A stretch of 64,000 nucleotides of DNA, taken from NCBI GenBank assembly GCA_035627595.1, contig DASPLK010000001.1, forward strand, positions 69,619 to 133,618. Direction: 5' to 3'. Positions 55,862 through 64,000 of this stretch are shown here, piece by piece. The position numbers and the translations under genes are program-made. The DNA comes from Minisyncoccota bacterium. GTDB taxonomy: Bacteria; Patescibacteriota; Minisyncoccia; Phycocordibacterales; Phycocordibacteraceae. The notes beneath the pieces are model-generated. The model was not told where the DNA came from. It saw nothing but the letters and a program-made list of their open reading frames with translations, and made no database searches. Within the stretch, counting starts at the first letter, position 1, and every line of letters begins with the position of its first letter.

Positions 55862-56676
55862 GCGTAAGGCGCGCTTTTATGAGGAAATTTCACTACCTTA
55901 CCGCAAGCGCCGCAATCTTAATAGGTATTGCACTCATATTTAGTTGGATAATTGAATCCTTTCCATCCCCCGAACAGAAGGCACATGATTTAATTGTCGA
56001 TTTAAATGCAAAAGCCGGTCTTAAATCACAAATAGAAATATCTGCTGACGGAAATTCCAAAGAGACATATCGCGTTCAAAGAGTTGTGGATGGCGATACT
56101 CTTGTAGTTGATATAAGCGGCTCCGAAATAACGTTGCGGTTGATTGGTGTGAATACACCCGAAACAGTCGATCCTAGGAAGCCAGTGGAGTGTTTTGGAA
56201 AGGAAGCATCTGCACAAACTACTTCGTTGCTCGCAGGTCAGAATGTTCTACTAGGATTCGATAGTTCTCAAGGCAATTGGGATAAATATAATCGCCTGCT
56301 TACATATGTGTACCGCGAGGATGGTCTGTTCATCAACAAGTATCTAATCGAAAACGGGTATGGACACGAATACACATACAACACGCCATATAAGTTTCAA
56401 GAGGAATTTGATGAGGCAGAGGAATATGCTCGCGAAAATAAAAAAGGTTTATGGGCACCTGAAGCGTGTAAGGAGTTCGTAGAAACGCAAAACACAGGCA
56501 AAAGGACAGAGCCTATCGAAACAGACGGTCTTAGTTATACTTGCGCGGTAAATTCTTACAACTGCTCAGACTTTGAGAACAAAGCACAAGCTCAGAATAT
56601 TTATCTAGCGTGTGGCGGCTTGCAAGCTGATGTGCACAAATTAGATGCAGATAGAGATGGTGAAGCGTGCGAATAG
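55858..56676 (+). CDS. membrane-anchored thermonuclease (SNase) with a C-terminal Excalibur Ca-binding domain
   Basis: N-terminal TM; SNase core VVDGDTLVV...RLIGVNTPE...; Excalibur DADRDGEACE; AT-rich relative to neighbours. Confidence 0.8.
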   Translation: MSVRRAFMRKFHYLTASAAILIGIALIFSWIIESFPSPEQKAHDLIVDLNAKAGLKSQIEISADGNSKETYRVQRVVDGDTLVVDISGSEITLRLIGVNTPETVDPRKPVECFGKEASAQTTSLLAGQNVLLGFDSSQGNWDKYNRLLTYVYREDGLFINKYLIENGYGHEYTYNTPYKFQEEFDEAEEYARENKKGLWAPEACKEFVETQNTGKRTEPIETDGLSYTCAVNSYNCSDFENKAQAQNIYLACGGLQADVHKLDADRDGEACE

Positions 56677-56692
56677 TTGTATGCATCTAACT

Positions 56693-57283
56693 TCACGCAA
56701 TTTCTTCGAGCATTCGCTTCTCGACAACGTTCCAGTTAACATTCTGTAAAAAGGCATCTACATACGACATTTTTTCTGCAGGAACATAGTCGACCATGTA
56801 TGCATGCTCCCATAGGTCGACGGCAAGAACGATGGGAAGGCCTGCAAGCTGGCCAAGCTCATGATCGCCAACAAAAACCGTGTGGAGTGTTCGACCTGCC
56901 GGGTCGTAGTAGACAACGACCCATCCAATGCCACGGGTACCCGCTACTTCTTTCACGTGCGAGATAAACGCACTCCAATCTCCGTACTTATCGGTAATGG
57001 CGCTGGCTAGTGCGCCATCTTTTGGATACGCCTGGGCACCGCCTTCGAATTGTTCAAAATAGTATTCGTGCATGCGCATTCCATCGAACTCAAACGCAAA
57101 ACGCCGTCTCAATTCGCTAATGACGTACGCATTAGTTTCTGAGTCCTTTAATTCCTTAATTTGGGAGCGGATAAGGTTCACATGCTTCACATATCCTTCG
57201 TACAGGCCGAGGTGAACCTCCATCTGCTTCTGCGAGAGACCATCAAGCTGTGGGATGGTGAACGGGCGGGCAACGTATTCCAT
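56693..57283 (-). CDS. sodA: Fe/Mn superoxide dismutase
   Basis: HLGLYEGYVKHVN..., DLWEHAYMVDY metal-ligand motif. Confidence 0.85.
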   Translation of the reverse strand: MEYVARPFTIPQLDGLSQKQMEVHLGLYEGYVKHVNLIRSQIKELKDSETNAYVISELRRRFAFEFDGMRMHEYYFEQFEGGAQAYPKDGALASAITDKYGDWSAFISHVKEVAGTRGIGWVVVYYDPAGRTLHTVFVGDHELGQLAGLPIVLAVDLWEHAYMVDYVPAEKMSYVDAFLQNVNWNVVEKRMLEEIA

Positions 57284-57379
57284 ATAGGAAAATCATAGCA
57301 TTTCACTTATCCAGAAGTCGGGTTGCAATGCTCTGCACGAGTGGGAGAATATAAATACTTACTGTAATCGAACAGCTAT

Positions 57380-57796
57380 ATGAAGTTTGGTTTTGAAAGT
57401 TTTGGATTTGGAAAGAAGCCGGCAGCTGAGACTAATGAGATGGAACCGCAGGTGACTGATGAAGCTACCCGCACCCTCTTGGAGGGTAAGGTCCGCTCGA
57501 TGGTTTCGCAGACGCCCGAGCTCGCAGGTATTCTCGATGATTACGACATGCACCGCATCGCGAACTACGTTGCTATACAACAGGAGAAGACAGGTACTCC
57601 ATACACGGTTCAGATGATAGAAGAGGCCGGCTCGGAATTCGATGAGAATGTTCTTGCATCGATCCAAAATCGTGCCGCAGCAAAGCCTGGCTCAGGACCT
57701 GCCTACCGTGTCGTGGGTCCGGACGGGTTTGTCGCTGGACAGACTGATCACAAGAGCGATATCGGAAGGATGGCAGAAGAAGAACGCGCGCACTAG
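57380..57796 (+). CDS. hypothetical protein (138 aa)
   Basis: ATG at 57380; no recognised motifs; strong terminator downstream. Confidence 0.4.
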   Translation: MKFGFESFGFGKKPAAETNEMEPQVTDEATRTLLEGKVRSMVSQTPELAGILDDYDMHRIANYVAIQQEKTGTPYTVQMIEEAGSEFDENVLASIQNRAAAKPGSGPAYRVVGPDGFVAGQTDHKSDIGRMAEEERAH

Positions 57797-57814
57797 AAAT
57801 TGTATAGATAAGAA

Positions 57815-57852
57815 GAAGGGGCGCTTGCGAGCAATCGCAAGCGCCCCTTTTT
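57815..57852. terminator. bidirectional terminator GGGGCGCTTGCGA-gcaa-TCGCAAGCGCCCC plus T5
   Basis: 13 bp stem. Confidence 0.65.
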
Positions 57853-57866
57853 GCGCCCTGCCGTAC

Positions 57867-58115
57867 TTAGGCGAGGCGCGCGACGACTGGCCTAGATCGT
57901 TCGGCTTCTGCGAGAGCGAACCCAAGCATCACCCGCCGGTAGGCAGCGACCTTGTCAGGGCGGTCGATCCTTCTGGTCATGTCGTCCTCGATGTCTTGGC
58001 CCGGAAAGAACCCATCGTCGAGCTCTTTCAGTTGCCGTTTAGCATCGGCCTTGTGTCGACGGGGCGATGTCGCCCCCGGGACCTTCTTGCGGTTCAGTCC
58101 TCGTTTCAGCGCCAT
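57867..58115 (-). CDS. hypothetical basic/acidic 82 aa protein (high GC)
   Basis: ORF with about 60% GC; possible SD GGTGGTGGAAAG upstream; no homology recognised. Confidence 0.3.
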   Translation of the reverse strand: MALKRGLNRKKVPGATSPRRHKADAKRQLKELDDGFFPGQDIEDDMTRRIDRPDKVAAYRRVMLGFALAEAERSRPVVARLA

Positions 58116-58239
58116 CTTTCCACCACCACTTTTTGTTCAGGCGAACTGCAGTATGACACAATGTAAGGAATGTGCAAGTAGTGCGGCTCGCGGACGCTAA
58201 TATGGCCGCATAAATTATGAAAATTAACTACATAAAGCA

Positions 58240-58263
58240 AAAAGCCCCGTTTCCGGGGCCTTT
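58240..58263 (-). terminator. rpmB terminator AAAGGCCCCGG-aaac-GGGGCTTTTT (minus strand)
   Basis: hairpin plus T-run immediately 3' of the rpmB stop. Confidence 0.55.
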
Positions 58264-58265
58264 AC

Positions 58266-58511
58266 TTATTTTAGGATGCCTACTTTCTTGAGGGTAGCGA
58301 ATGCACCGTTCTTCTTGATGGTGCGAAGTCCCTTGGTGGAGACATCTACAAGAACGGTCTTGGCGAGCTCGGGGACGAAAATGCGGCGCTTTTGAAGATT
58401 GGCCTGGCGGCGTACCTTACCCGTCGGATTAAACTGGGTAGCACGCGTCCGGTTCGAGTACCGTCCGCCAATCTGGGTGGTCTTTCCTGTAACTGCGCAG
58501 CTTCGTGCCAT
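58266..58511 (-). CDS. rpmB: 50S ribosomal protein L28
   Basis: MARSCAVTGKTTQIGGRYSNRTRATQFNPTGKVRRQANLQKRRIFVPE... Confidence 0.85.
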   Translation of the reverse strand: MARSCAVTGKTTQIGGRYSNRTRATQFNPTGKVRRQANLQKRRIFVPELAKTVLVDVSTKGLRTIKKNGAFATLKKVGILK

Positions 58512-58542
58512 AGTTCCAGGATGTTACCATAGCCGTATCCTT

Positions 58543-59184
58543 ATGCAACCTGAACTCGCCTTGATGGTTTTCACCATCGTCATCCTTATTTTCTCAGTCA
58601 TCCTCCACGAGGTGGCCCACGGTTACGCCGCTAATTGGCTCGGTGACAAGACCGCAAAGCTAGCTGGCCGCCTTACCCTAAACCCGCTTCCTCATATCGA
58701 CCCGATTGGATCCGTCTTTATTCCAGCCCTTCTGGTACTTACAAATGCTGGTTTTATGTTCGGTTGGGCGAAACCAGTACCTTACAATCCATACAATCTG
58801 CGTAACCAACGCTGGGGAGAGGCATTCGTCGCTGCCGCTGGCGTTCTCACGAACTTGTTCATTGCAGTCCTGTTCGCTGTTATCTTCCGCATTGCGGACG
58901 CGCAGGGCGCAGATATGTTCGGAATGCTTGCGGCACTCGTCTGTATGGTCAACCTGTTCCTCGGCCTTTTCAACCTTATCCCGATACCACCTCTAGATGG
59001 CTTTGGTGTACTCCGCGGCCTAGCTCCTGTGCGTATGGGCATGTGGCTTCGTGATATAGAGGAAAAAGTACACCGCATGGGCATCCTGTCGCTCTTTCTA
59101 GTGCTATTCCTATTTATGTATGTCTTGTCTACGCCTTTCTACTGGCTTGTACAGTTAGTGGCGGGGATTCTCTTGGGGCAATAG
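58543..59184 (+). CDS. site-2 protease-like zinc metalloprotease (peptidase M50 family)
   Basis: HExxH: LHEVAHGY, LNPLPHIDPIG, polytopic; ATG at 58543; the track start 58399 overlaps rpmB on the other strand and is spurious. Confidence 0.75.
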   Translation: MQPELALMVFTIVILIFSVILHEVAHGYAANWLGDKTAKLAGRLTLNPLPHIDPIGSVFIPALLVLTNAGFMFGWAKPVPYNPYNLRNQRWGEAFVAAAGVLTNLFIAVLFAVIFRIADAQGADMFGMLAALVCMVNLFLGLFNLIPIPPLDGFGVLRGLAPVRMGMWLRDIEEKVHRMGILSLFLVLFLFMYVLSTPFYWLVQLVAGILLGQ

Positions 59185-59198
59185 CTGAGTTCCGGGCT

Positions 59199-59459
59199 AT
59201 GATGGATCTTATGAAGCCTCGAACTAATGTATTCATAGAGTATCTCGGTTGGTATGGCGCAATTGCGATAGTTACTGCCTATGGGCTCTATGCATTTGGC
59301 GTATGGGAAGCGGATAACATCTGGTACCACCTACTCAACCTCACGGGCGCAACTGGAATTATCGTAGTCTCAATCTATAAGAAGGCATGGCAGCCTGCTG
59401 TTGTGAATGTGATGTGGGTGGCACTCGCTGCGTACGCACTGTACGTATATCTGATATAG
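59199..59459 (+). CDS. small 2-3 TM membrane protein (86 aa), hypothetical
   Basis: W/Y-rich TM segments (GWYGAIAIVTAYGLYAFGVW; GATGIIVVSIY; VMWVALAAYALYVYLI). Confidence 0.45.
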   Translation: MMDLMKPRTNVFIEYLGWYGAIAIVTAYGLYAFGVWEADNIWYHLLNLTGATGIIVVSIYKKAWQPAVVNVMWVALAAYALYVYLI

Positions 59460-59486
59460 GTCGGTCCTAACTAAAGATTTGCATTT

Positions 59487-59543
59487 ATTTACTAGCTCCT
59501 ATATATTGCTGAGGACTCCCACGGGGGAGTTTTCATTTACGAA
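59487..59543 (+). promoter_or_regulatory. rpsL promoter TTGCAT-17-TATATT plus leader hairpin ACTCCC-acg-GGGAGT
   Basis: hexamers at 59487-59515; hairpin plus TTTT at about 59502-59525 in the 5' UTR. Confidence 0.4.
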
Positions 59544-59954
59544 ATGGCCACAATCAACCAGCTATCCAAGAAGCCTCGCTCAAGCAAGGCCCGCAAGACC
59601 AAGGTAGTCGCCCTGGGTCGCGGCTTTAACACACTTAAGAACCGCCCGACCTTCTATCCGGCGCCGTTCAAGCGTGGCGTGTGCACCAAGGTGACCACCA
59701 AGACCCCCCGTAAGCCTAACTCCGCTATCCGTAAGATTGCCCGTGTCCGCCTCACCAACGGCATGGAAGTAACCGCCTACATCCCGGGCGAGGGCCACAA
59801 CCTCCAGGAGCACTCCGTCGTGCTTCTGCGCGGTGGCCGCGTGAAGGATATCGGTGTCCAGTACACTGTTGTGCGCGGTAAGCTCGATGCTGCTGGCGTA
59901 GACAAGCGCCGCCGTGGCCGCTCCCGTTACGGTGCTAAGAAGCCTAAGGCCTAA
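59544..59954 (+). CDS. rpsL: 30S ribosomal protein S12
   Basis: MATINQL...PKKPNSA(I)RK...canonical S12. Confidence 0.95.
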   Translation: MATINQLSKKPRSSKARKTKVVALGRGFNTLKNRPTFYPAPFKRGVCTKVTTKTPRKPNSAIRKIARVRLTNGMEVTAYIPGEGHNLQEHSVVLLRGGRVKDIGVQYTVVRGKLDAAGVDKRRRGRSRYGAKKPKA

Positions 59955-59959
59955 TATTT

Positions 59960-60430
59960 ATGCGCCACCCTATCAAGAACAAGCCTGTCCGCCGCCCGGA
60001 CATTCAGTACAAGTCGGAGGCTATCTCCCGCTTTATAAATACCGTAATGCTCGATGGTAAGAAGGACACTGCCCGCAAGGTTGTCTACGATGCCCTCGAT
60101 CTCATTGCTGCGCAGGAAGGTAACCCGGATCCGCTTGAGACCTTCGAGACTGCTATTCGCAACGTCGCTCCTTTGATGGAAGTCCGTTCTCGCCGCGTCG
60201 GTGGTGCAAACTACCAGGTGCCGCGCGAGGTTCCTCAGCAGCGCCGTGTATCGCTCGCATACCGTTGGCTCATCAATGCCGCTCGCGCAAAGAAGGGCAA
60301 GCCGATGGCGCAGAAACTCGCTGATGAGATCATGCTCGCCGTTAAGAACGAAGGCTCCGCTATCAAGAAGAAGGACGACATGCACCGCATGGCCGAGGCC
60401 AACAAGGCATTCGCCCACTTCGCCTGGTAA
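59960..60430 (+). CDS. rpsG: 30S ribosomal protein S7
   Basis: 156 aa, S7 signature ...VMLDGKK..., ...VEVRSRRVGGANYQVP... Confidence 0.95.
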   Translation: MRHPIKNKPVRRPDIQYKSEAISRFINTVMLDGKKDTARKVVYDALDLIAAQEGNPDPLETFETAIRNVAPLMEVRSRRVGGANYQVPREVPQQRRVSLAYRWLINAARAKKGKPMAQKLADEIMLAVKNEGSAIKKKDDMHRMAEANKAFAHFAW

Positions 60431-60435
60431 GAAGG

Positions 60436-60458
60436 ACCGCCCGAAAGGGCGGTTTTTC
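60436..60458 (+). terminator. terminator GACCGCCC-gaaa-GGGCGGT plus T5 after rpsG
   Basis: hairpin plus T-run; unusual because fusA normally follows rpsG co-transcribed. Confidence 0.6.
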
Positions 60459-60473
60459 GTTATACTGTCTGTA

Positions 60474-61082
60474 ATGAAGCACCCACGTCTTTGGATAGGT
60501 TGCCTCGTTCTTCTAATCGCCACAGGAAGCGCTATGTATCTCCACATGGCACGCGAAGTAGAGGTCGAGGTGCAGCCAACTCCAATTGCGCCTGAAGCCG
60601 TAGAGCAAGGGGCTATGCAGGTAGGGCAAGCTCCAGTGCAGGCTGTATCGCTTGCTGAGATGACCCCGCAGCATGTGACCGTCACCGGCAATACCGTACG
60701 CGTAGAGAAAGACAATCTCGAATTCGTCATCCCAGAAGGATTTAAGGTGACGCGTCTGTCTGGCTCGGATGATAGAACCCCACCGATGGTCGTGATTGAC
60801 CTAGAGAAGGATGGCAAGGAGATATCAGTGTTGGTTAACTATCCGGGCGAGTTCTACGGCGACATAGAAGAAATTGAATTGTCCGTAGAAAGCGAGGAAA
60901 AGACTGCCTGGCAACGTCCGAGCGTCCATCATCAAGCAGCAGGGCCATTTGATGTGTCATGGGGTAACGTGCGTGTCGTAGAGGATACATCGCGGTATCT
61001 CACCGTTATGTTCAAAGGCTACGCGCCAGAAGATAGGACGGCGTTTGAAGCGCTCATAGATTCGTTACGCTACGCGCCATAG
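60474..61082 (+). CDS. membrane-anchored or lipoprotein-like hypothetical protein (202 aa)
   Basis: TATACT 8 nt upstream of the ATG; signal-anchor LWIGCLVLLIATGSAMYL; the track ORF 60201 is an extension. Confidence 0.5.
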   Translation: MKHPRLWIGCLVLLIATGSAMYLHMAREVEVEVQPTPIAPEAVEQGAMQVGQAPVQAVSLAEMTPQHVTVTGNTVRVEKDNLEFVIPEGFKVTRLSGSDDRTPPMVVIDLEKDGKEISVLVNYPGEFYGDIEEIELSVESEEKTAWQRPSVHHQAAGPFDVSWGNVRVVEDTSRYLTVMFKGYAPEDRTAFEALIDSLRYAP

Positions 61083-61134
61083 GCACAAAGAAAGCGCCGC
61101 TGGGGAAACCGAGCGGCGTTTTCATTGGTCCGGG

Positions 61135-61467
61135 TCAGTGAGGCAGTATTTCCTGAGTAACATCACGAAACCCAAAGCGGGAAAGATCAATATCTCTGTA
61201 CGCAACCCAGACAACATCTGAGTGCGGGACATACGCGAACGTTGCTTCCATGCGCAGCTTAGATGCCCGGCAGAATACGGGTGTTTCATCTCCGCGCCTA
61301 CTCGCTTCTCTCAGTCGGCGCAATGAATGCTTTAGTTCGTACGACTCAAAATGTTCATCCCGTAAGACTTCCTCGGGATCAGGCATTGCGGCATGTCCCA
61401 TGGGGAGCTCCTCTTCTTCCATATAAATAGACGATGCAGGCGAGCATGGGTTACCTTTTTCTTTCAA
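61135..61467 (-). CDS. hypothetical protein (up to 110 aa; start uncertain)
   Basis: ORF only; no motifs. Confidence 0.25.
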   Translation of the reverse strand: MKEKGNPCSPASSIYMEEEELPMGHAAMPDPEEVLRDEHFESYELKHSLRRLREASRRGDETPVFCRASKLRMEATFAYVPHSDVVWVAYRDIDLSRFGFRDVTQEILPH

Positions 61468-61509
61468 TTGGGGTTATGGTATGCGGGACCTAGGGCGAAC
61501 GTGCCCGGG

Positions 61510-62412
61510 ATGGTCTTTGGAGACTCAGTTATGGAAACCCTTCGACTTGGCCTGCATAGGCCGTCGGGGGAGATCCCCGGCGGCCAGACGATCAAGAAGT
61601 ACGTGCGCATTCGCGTCGCGAATGCGCAGTGCTACGGATACCTCGGTGAGGAGCTCAAGAACGCGAGCTTCCTGCTGTTCGGCGAGACAGTGCCTCTGCT
61701 GGATGATACGGGATCCCTGTTCAAGATCCTCGTGTTCGGAAAGTATGAGGAGCTCATTCCTCCCGCCTGCGTTACCGATGAACTTATCGAATCCACGCAC
61801 TACATATCCGTGCCCTACGCCCGCGTGGTGGAGAGTGAGGACGTGAAGTCATCGCGTGAGATCAAGAAGCTCGGCAGCGAATACCTCCGCTTCACCTCGC
61901 CGGTACGCGTGGTGAAGGAAGCAGACCGCGGCACCGGCAGGCACGTGCTTGTCGAGGGTGCGGGGTGGATACCGGCGAACGCTGTTCGAGAGATCGGCGA
62001 CCACTTCCCGGACTTCGTCGAGGTCGTGGGCATGCTTATGCCTTCAAGCGTCTATGGTCATGGCGAGCGCGGCGGTTTGGCAGGCGATTGCTCGTCCGTC
62101 ATCCAGTCAGCGTGCTTGGTCTGCGGCATACCCTGCCCGCGCATTGCGGGAGACATCGCCAAGGAGTTCGGCATCCCTGTGTCGCTTTCGGCGCTTGATG
62201 GCGACCTTCGTTGCGGCGATATAGTCTGCTGGTCAGGGCACGTTGGCGTCATGCTAGACGCCACGACCATACGCCACTCGTCCGAATGGACGATGGGTCT
62301 CGCGGAGGAACCTCTCCGCGACCTCATCGCCCGCAGGCGGGAGCACGAGCCTCCCGGCAAGAGGGAAGTCACCGCCATCAGGCGTTGGCCCTTCTACAAA
62401 CCACTCCCTTAA
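61510..62412 (+). CDS. NlpC/P60 (C40) family cell-wall peptidase with N-terminal SH3b-like region
   Basis: catalytic Cys context LAGDCSSVIQSAC, His GHVGVML; about 62% GC with GC3 bias, distinct from flanks; ATG at 61510. Confidence 0.6.
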   Translation: MVFGDSVMETLRLGLHRPSGEIPGGQTIKKYVRIRVANAQCYGYLGEELKNASFLLFGETVPLLDDTGSLFKILVFGKYEELIPPACVTDELIESTHYISVPYARVVESEDVKSSREIKKLGSEYLRFTSPVRVVKEADRGTGRHVLVEGAGWIPANAVREIGDHFPDFVEVVGMLMPSSVYGHGERGGLAGDCSSVIQSACLVCGIPCPRIAGDIAKEFGIPVSLSALDGDLRCGDIVCWSGHVGVMLDATTIRHSSEWTMGLAEEPLRDLIARRREHEPPGKREVTAIRRWPFYKPLP

Positions 62413-62535
62413 GCGGGGAAAGGGCGCGGACCATTCGTTCCGCGCCCTTTTTGCACATTGCAGAGGGCGCAACTGCATGATTAAGTACGTCCTTGTGCCT
62501 GGCGAATGGTCGCTCGGGCACATGGGGAGGTCGAA

Positions 62536-62760
62536 ATGAAACGGCAAACGATCAAATTGCTCACCTGGATCTTCCTGGGCCTCGGGGCCGTCCTCGCAGG
62601 CTCGGGCATTCTCGGCTGGAATCTGCCCGATGTGATGGGTGCGAACGGCGATTGGGTGCCCGGTGTGTCAGCTGGCTACACGGCCATCGGCATCTTCCTG
62701 TTCGGCATGGCGGTGATGGGCATCCTGCTCCTCGCTTTCAACAAGGTTCCGCGAACCTGA
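62536..62760 (+). CDS. small 2-TM membrane protein (74 aa), hypothetical
   Basis: strong SD GGGGAGG 5 nt upstream of ATG 62536; TM helices LLTWIFLGLGAVLAGSGILGW and AIGIFLFGMAVMGILLLAF. Confidence 0.5.
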   Translation: MKRQTIKLLTWIFLGLGAVLAGSGILGWNLPDVMGANGDWVPGVSAGYTAIGIFLFGMAVMGILLLAFNKVPRT

Positions 62761-62780
62761 GGATTCGAATGTTTTCTCAA

Positions 62781-62816
62781 GGCCCGCCGTTGCGTGATGC
62801 GCGGCGGGCCTTTCTG
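62781..62816 (+). terminator. terminator GGCCCGCCG-N12-CGGCGGGCC plus TTTCTG
   Basis: 9 bp GC stem followed by a T-rich stretch, upstream of the fusA promoter region. Confidence 0.55.
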
Positions 62817-62894
62817 TATATTCTTGCGTTTTTCACCCCAAAACCGTATCGTATCGGTAACGCCTCCGCGGCTTTTATTTTTATTCCAAGCTAT

Positions 62895-64000
62895 ATGCAA
62901 CGCGATTATCCTCTTGAGAAAGTGCGCAACTTCGGCATCGTCGCCCACGTCGACGCCGGAAAGACCACCACGTCTGAGCGAGTGCTCTACTACACAGGCT
63001 CCCAGCATAAGATCGGCGAGGTCCATGAGGGCGAGACCACGACCGACTGGATGGAACAGGAGCGCGAGCGCGGCATCACCATTACTGCAGCTGCCATTAC
63101 CTGTTTTTGGTCTAAGACCAAGGAGGAGGACAAGAAGGATGCTTCCAAGAAGTACCGCTTCAATGTTATCGATACCCCAGGGCACATCGACTTCACAGCG
63201 GAGGTGAAGCGTTCGATGCGTGTGCTCGACGGTGCAGTCGTCGTCTTTGACGGCGTTGCCGGCGTTGAGCCGCAGTCAGAGACTAACTGGCGTCTTGCCG
63301 ACGAGGCAGGTGTGCCGCGTATTTGTTTCATTAACAAGCTCGATCGTACCGGCGCATCCTTCGAGAACTCGTATAAGTCTATTCTCGAACGCTTGTCCAA
63401 GAATGCCGTACGCATGCAGATCCCGATCGGTGCAGAGGGCGACTTCGAGGGTGTCGTCGACCTTCTCGAGAGGAAGGCGTATCGCTTCGAGGGCAAGATG
63501 GGTGATGAGGTGATTCCGGGTGATTACCCAGAGAGCATGAAGGATGATGTCGAGACCTATCGTGCTGAGCTCGTCGAGCGCATTGTCGAGCATGATGAGG
63601 CGCAGATGGCAGCCTTCTTCGAGGGCAACGAGCCTTCAGTAGAGGAACTTAAGGCAACGCTCCGCAAGGCAGTCATTGCTAACCAGATCTTCCCGGTCTA
63701 CACCGGTTCTGCACTTAAGAACAAGGGTGTGCAGCTCGTTCTGGACGCGGTCGTTGACTACCTCCCCTCTCCTGTGGATTTGCCTCCAGTTAAGGGTATT
63801 AACCCAAAGACCGGAGAAGAGGTTGAGCGCGCAGCATCTGATTCAGAGCCGTTTACCGCGCTCGCTTTCAAGCTCCAGACCGACCCGTTCGTCGGAGCAC
63901 TTACCTTCTTCCGCGTATACGCGGGCTCTGTTACAGCAGGCTCGTACGTCTACAACGCGAACACCGGTAACAAGGAGCGCGTGGGCCGTATCGTGCGCCT
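62895..64000 (+). CDS. fusA: elongation factor G (5' part; continues beyond the window)
   Basis: MQRDYPLEKVRNFGIVAHVDAGKTTTSERVLYYTG...DWMEQERERGITI... G-domain motifs; no stop in-window. Confidence 0.9.
   Translation, partial: MQRDYPLEKVRNFGIVAHVDAGKTTTSERVLYYTGSQHKIGEVHEGETTTDWMEQERERGITITAAAITCFWSKTKEEDKKDASKKYRFNVIDTPGHIDFTAEVKRSMRVLDGAVVVFDGVAGVEPQSETNWRLADEAGVPRICFINKLDRTGASFENSYKSILERLSKNAVRMQIPIGAEGDFEGVVDLLERKAYRFEGKMGDEVIPGDYPESMKDDVETYRAELVERIVEHDEAQMAAFFEGNEPSVEELKATLRKAVIANQIFPVYTGSALKNKGVQLVLDAVVDYLPSPVDLPPVKGINPKTGEEVERAASDSEPFTALAFKLQTDPFVGALTFFRVYAGSVTAGSYVYNANTGNKERVGRIVR

Noticed and set aside
58399-58542. 5' extension of the M50 protease ORF overlapping rpmB.
   Set aside because: The extension is antisense to a ribosomal protein gene. 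The ATG at 58543 gives a typical TM start immediately before HEVAH.
1-64000. CRISPR arrays, IS elements or transposases, integrases other than xerC, and toxin-antitoxin pairs.
   Set aside because: There are no regularly spaced direct repeats of 24-48 bp. There are no DDE or HUH transposase or serine-recombinase motifs. xerC appears chromosomal and has no flanking attachment repeats that I could see.

Overview
The window reads as a bacterial chromosomal segment of roughly 54-55% GC from a small-genome organism. Its style is CPR/Patescibacteria-like, but that is an inference from gene content, not a search result. The gene-dense core layout, in order, is: (1) a replication-origin neighbourhood, with yebC-ruvC-small acidic ORF-PBP1A on the plus strand, dciA-like-dnaN-dnaA on the minus strand, and rpmH-rnpA-yidC on the plus strand, with DnaA-box-like 9-mers in both intergenic regions flanking dnaA. 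(2) A roughly 12 kb co-directional minus-strand operon downstream of uvrD-rsmA (7923-20026) encoding a type IV secretion-like apparatus: a VirB4 ATPase that appears split by one in-frame TAA, VirB6/TrbL-like, PrgI/VirB3-like and VirB2-like pilin proteins, plus about six uncharacterised secreted, membrane or Pro-rich proteins. (3) Housekeeping genes (LysM/M23 peptidase, DksA-like, NYN, rpsO, SPFH, xerC, a type IV pilin, xth, cca, a lysA-like decarboxylase, EEP nuclease, rarA, hup, rny, clpP, ppa, nusA) and four tRNAs (Arg-TCG, Gly-GCC, Pro-TGG, Gly-TCC), none encoding CCA. (4) A type IV pilus module: promoter, small membrane ORF, pilB, membrane ORF, pilC and three pilin-like genes. (5) tpiA-pgk, a HIT-family gene, recJ, a hypothetical, rnhA, a membrane-anchored SNase/Excalibur nuclease, sodA, rpmB, an M50 protease, and rpsL-rpsG. 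(6) A roughly 2.4 kb insert between rpsG and fusA carrying a lipoprotein-like gene, a high-GC NlpC/P60 peptidase and a small SD-bearing membrane protein, followed by the 5' part of fusA. Many six-frame ORFs in the supplied track are shadow ORFs or carry spurious N-terminal extensions; I re-called starts where the sequence supports it. The most interesting items are the T4SS-like operon and its split VirB4, the T4P module, the str-operon insert, a tRNA-Arg hidden under two ORF predictions, and a convergent intergenic region rich in CACGTG palindromes.
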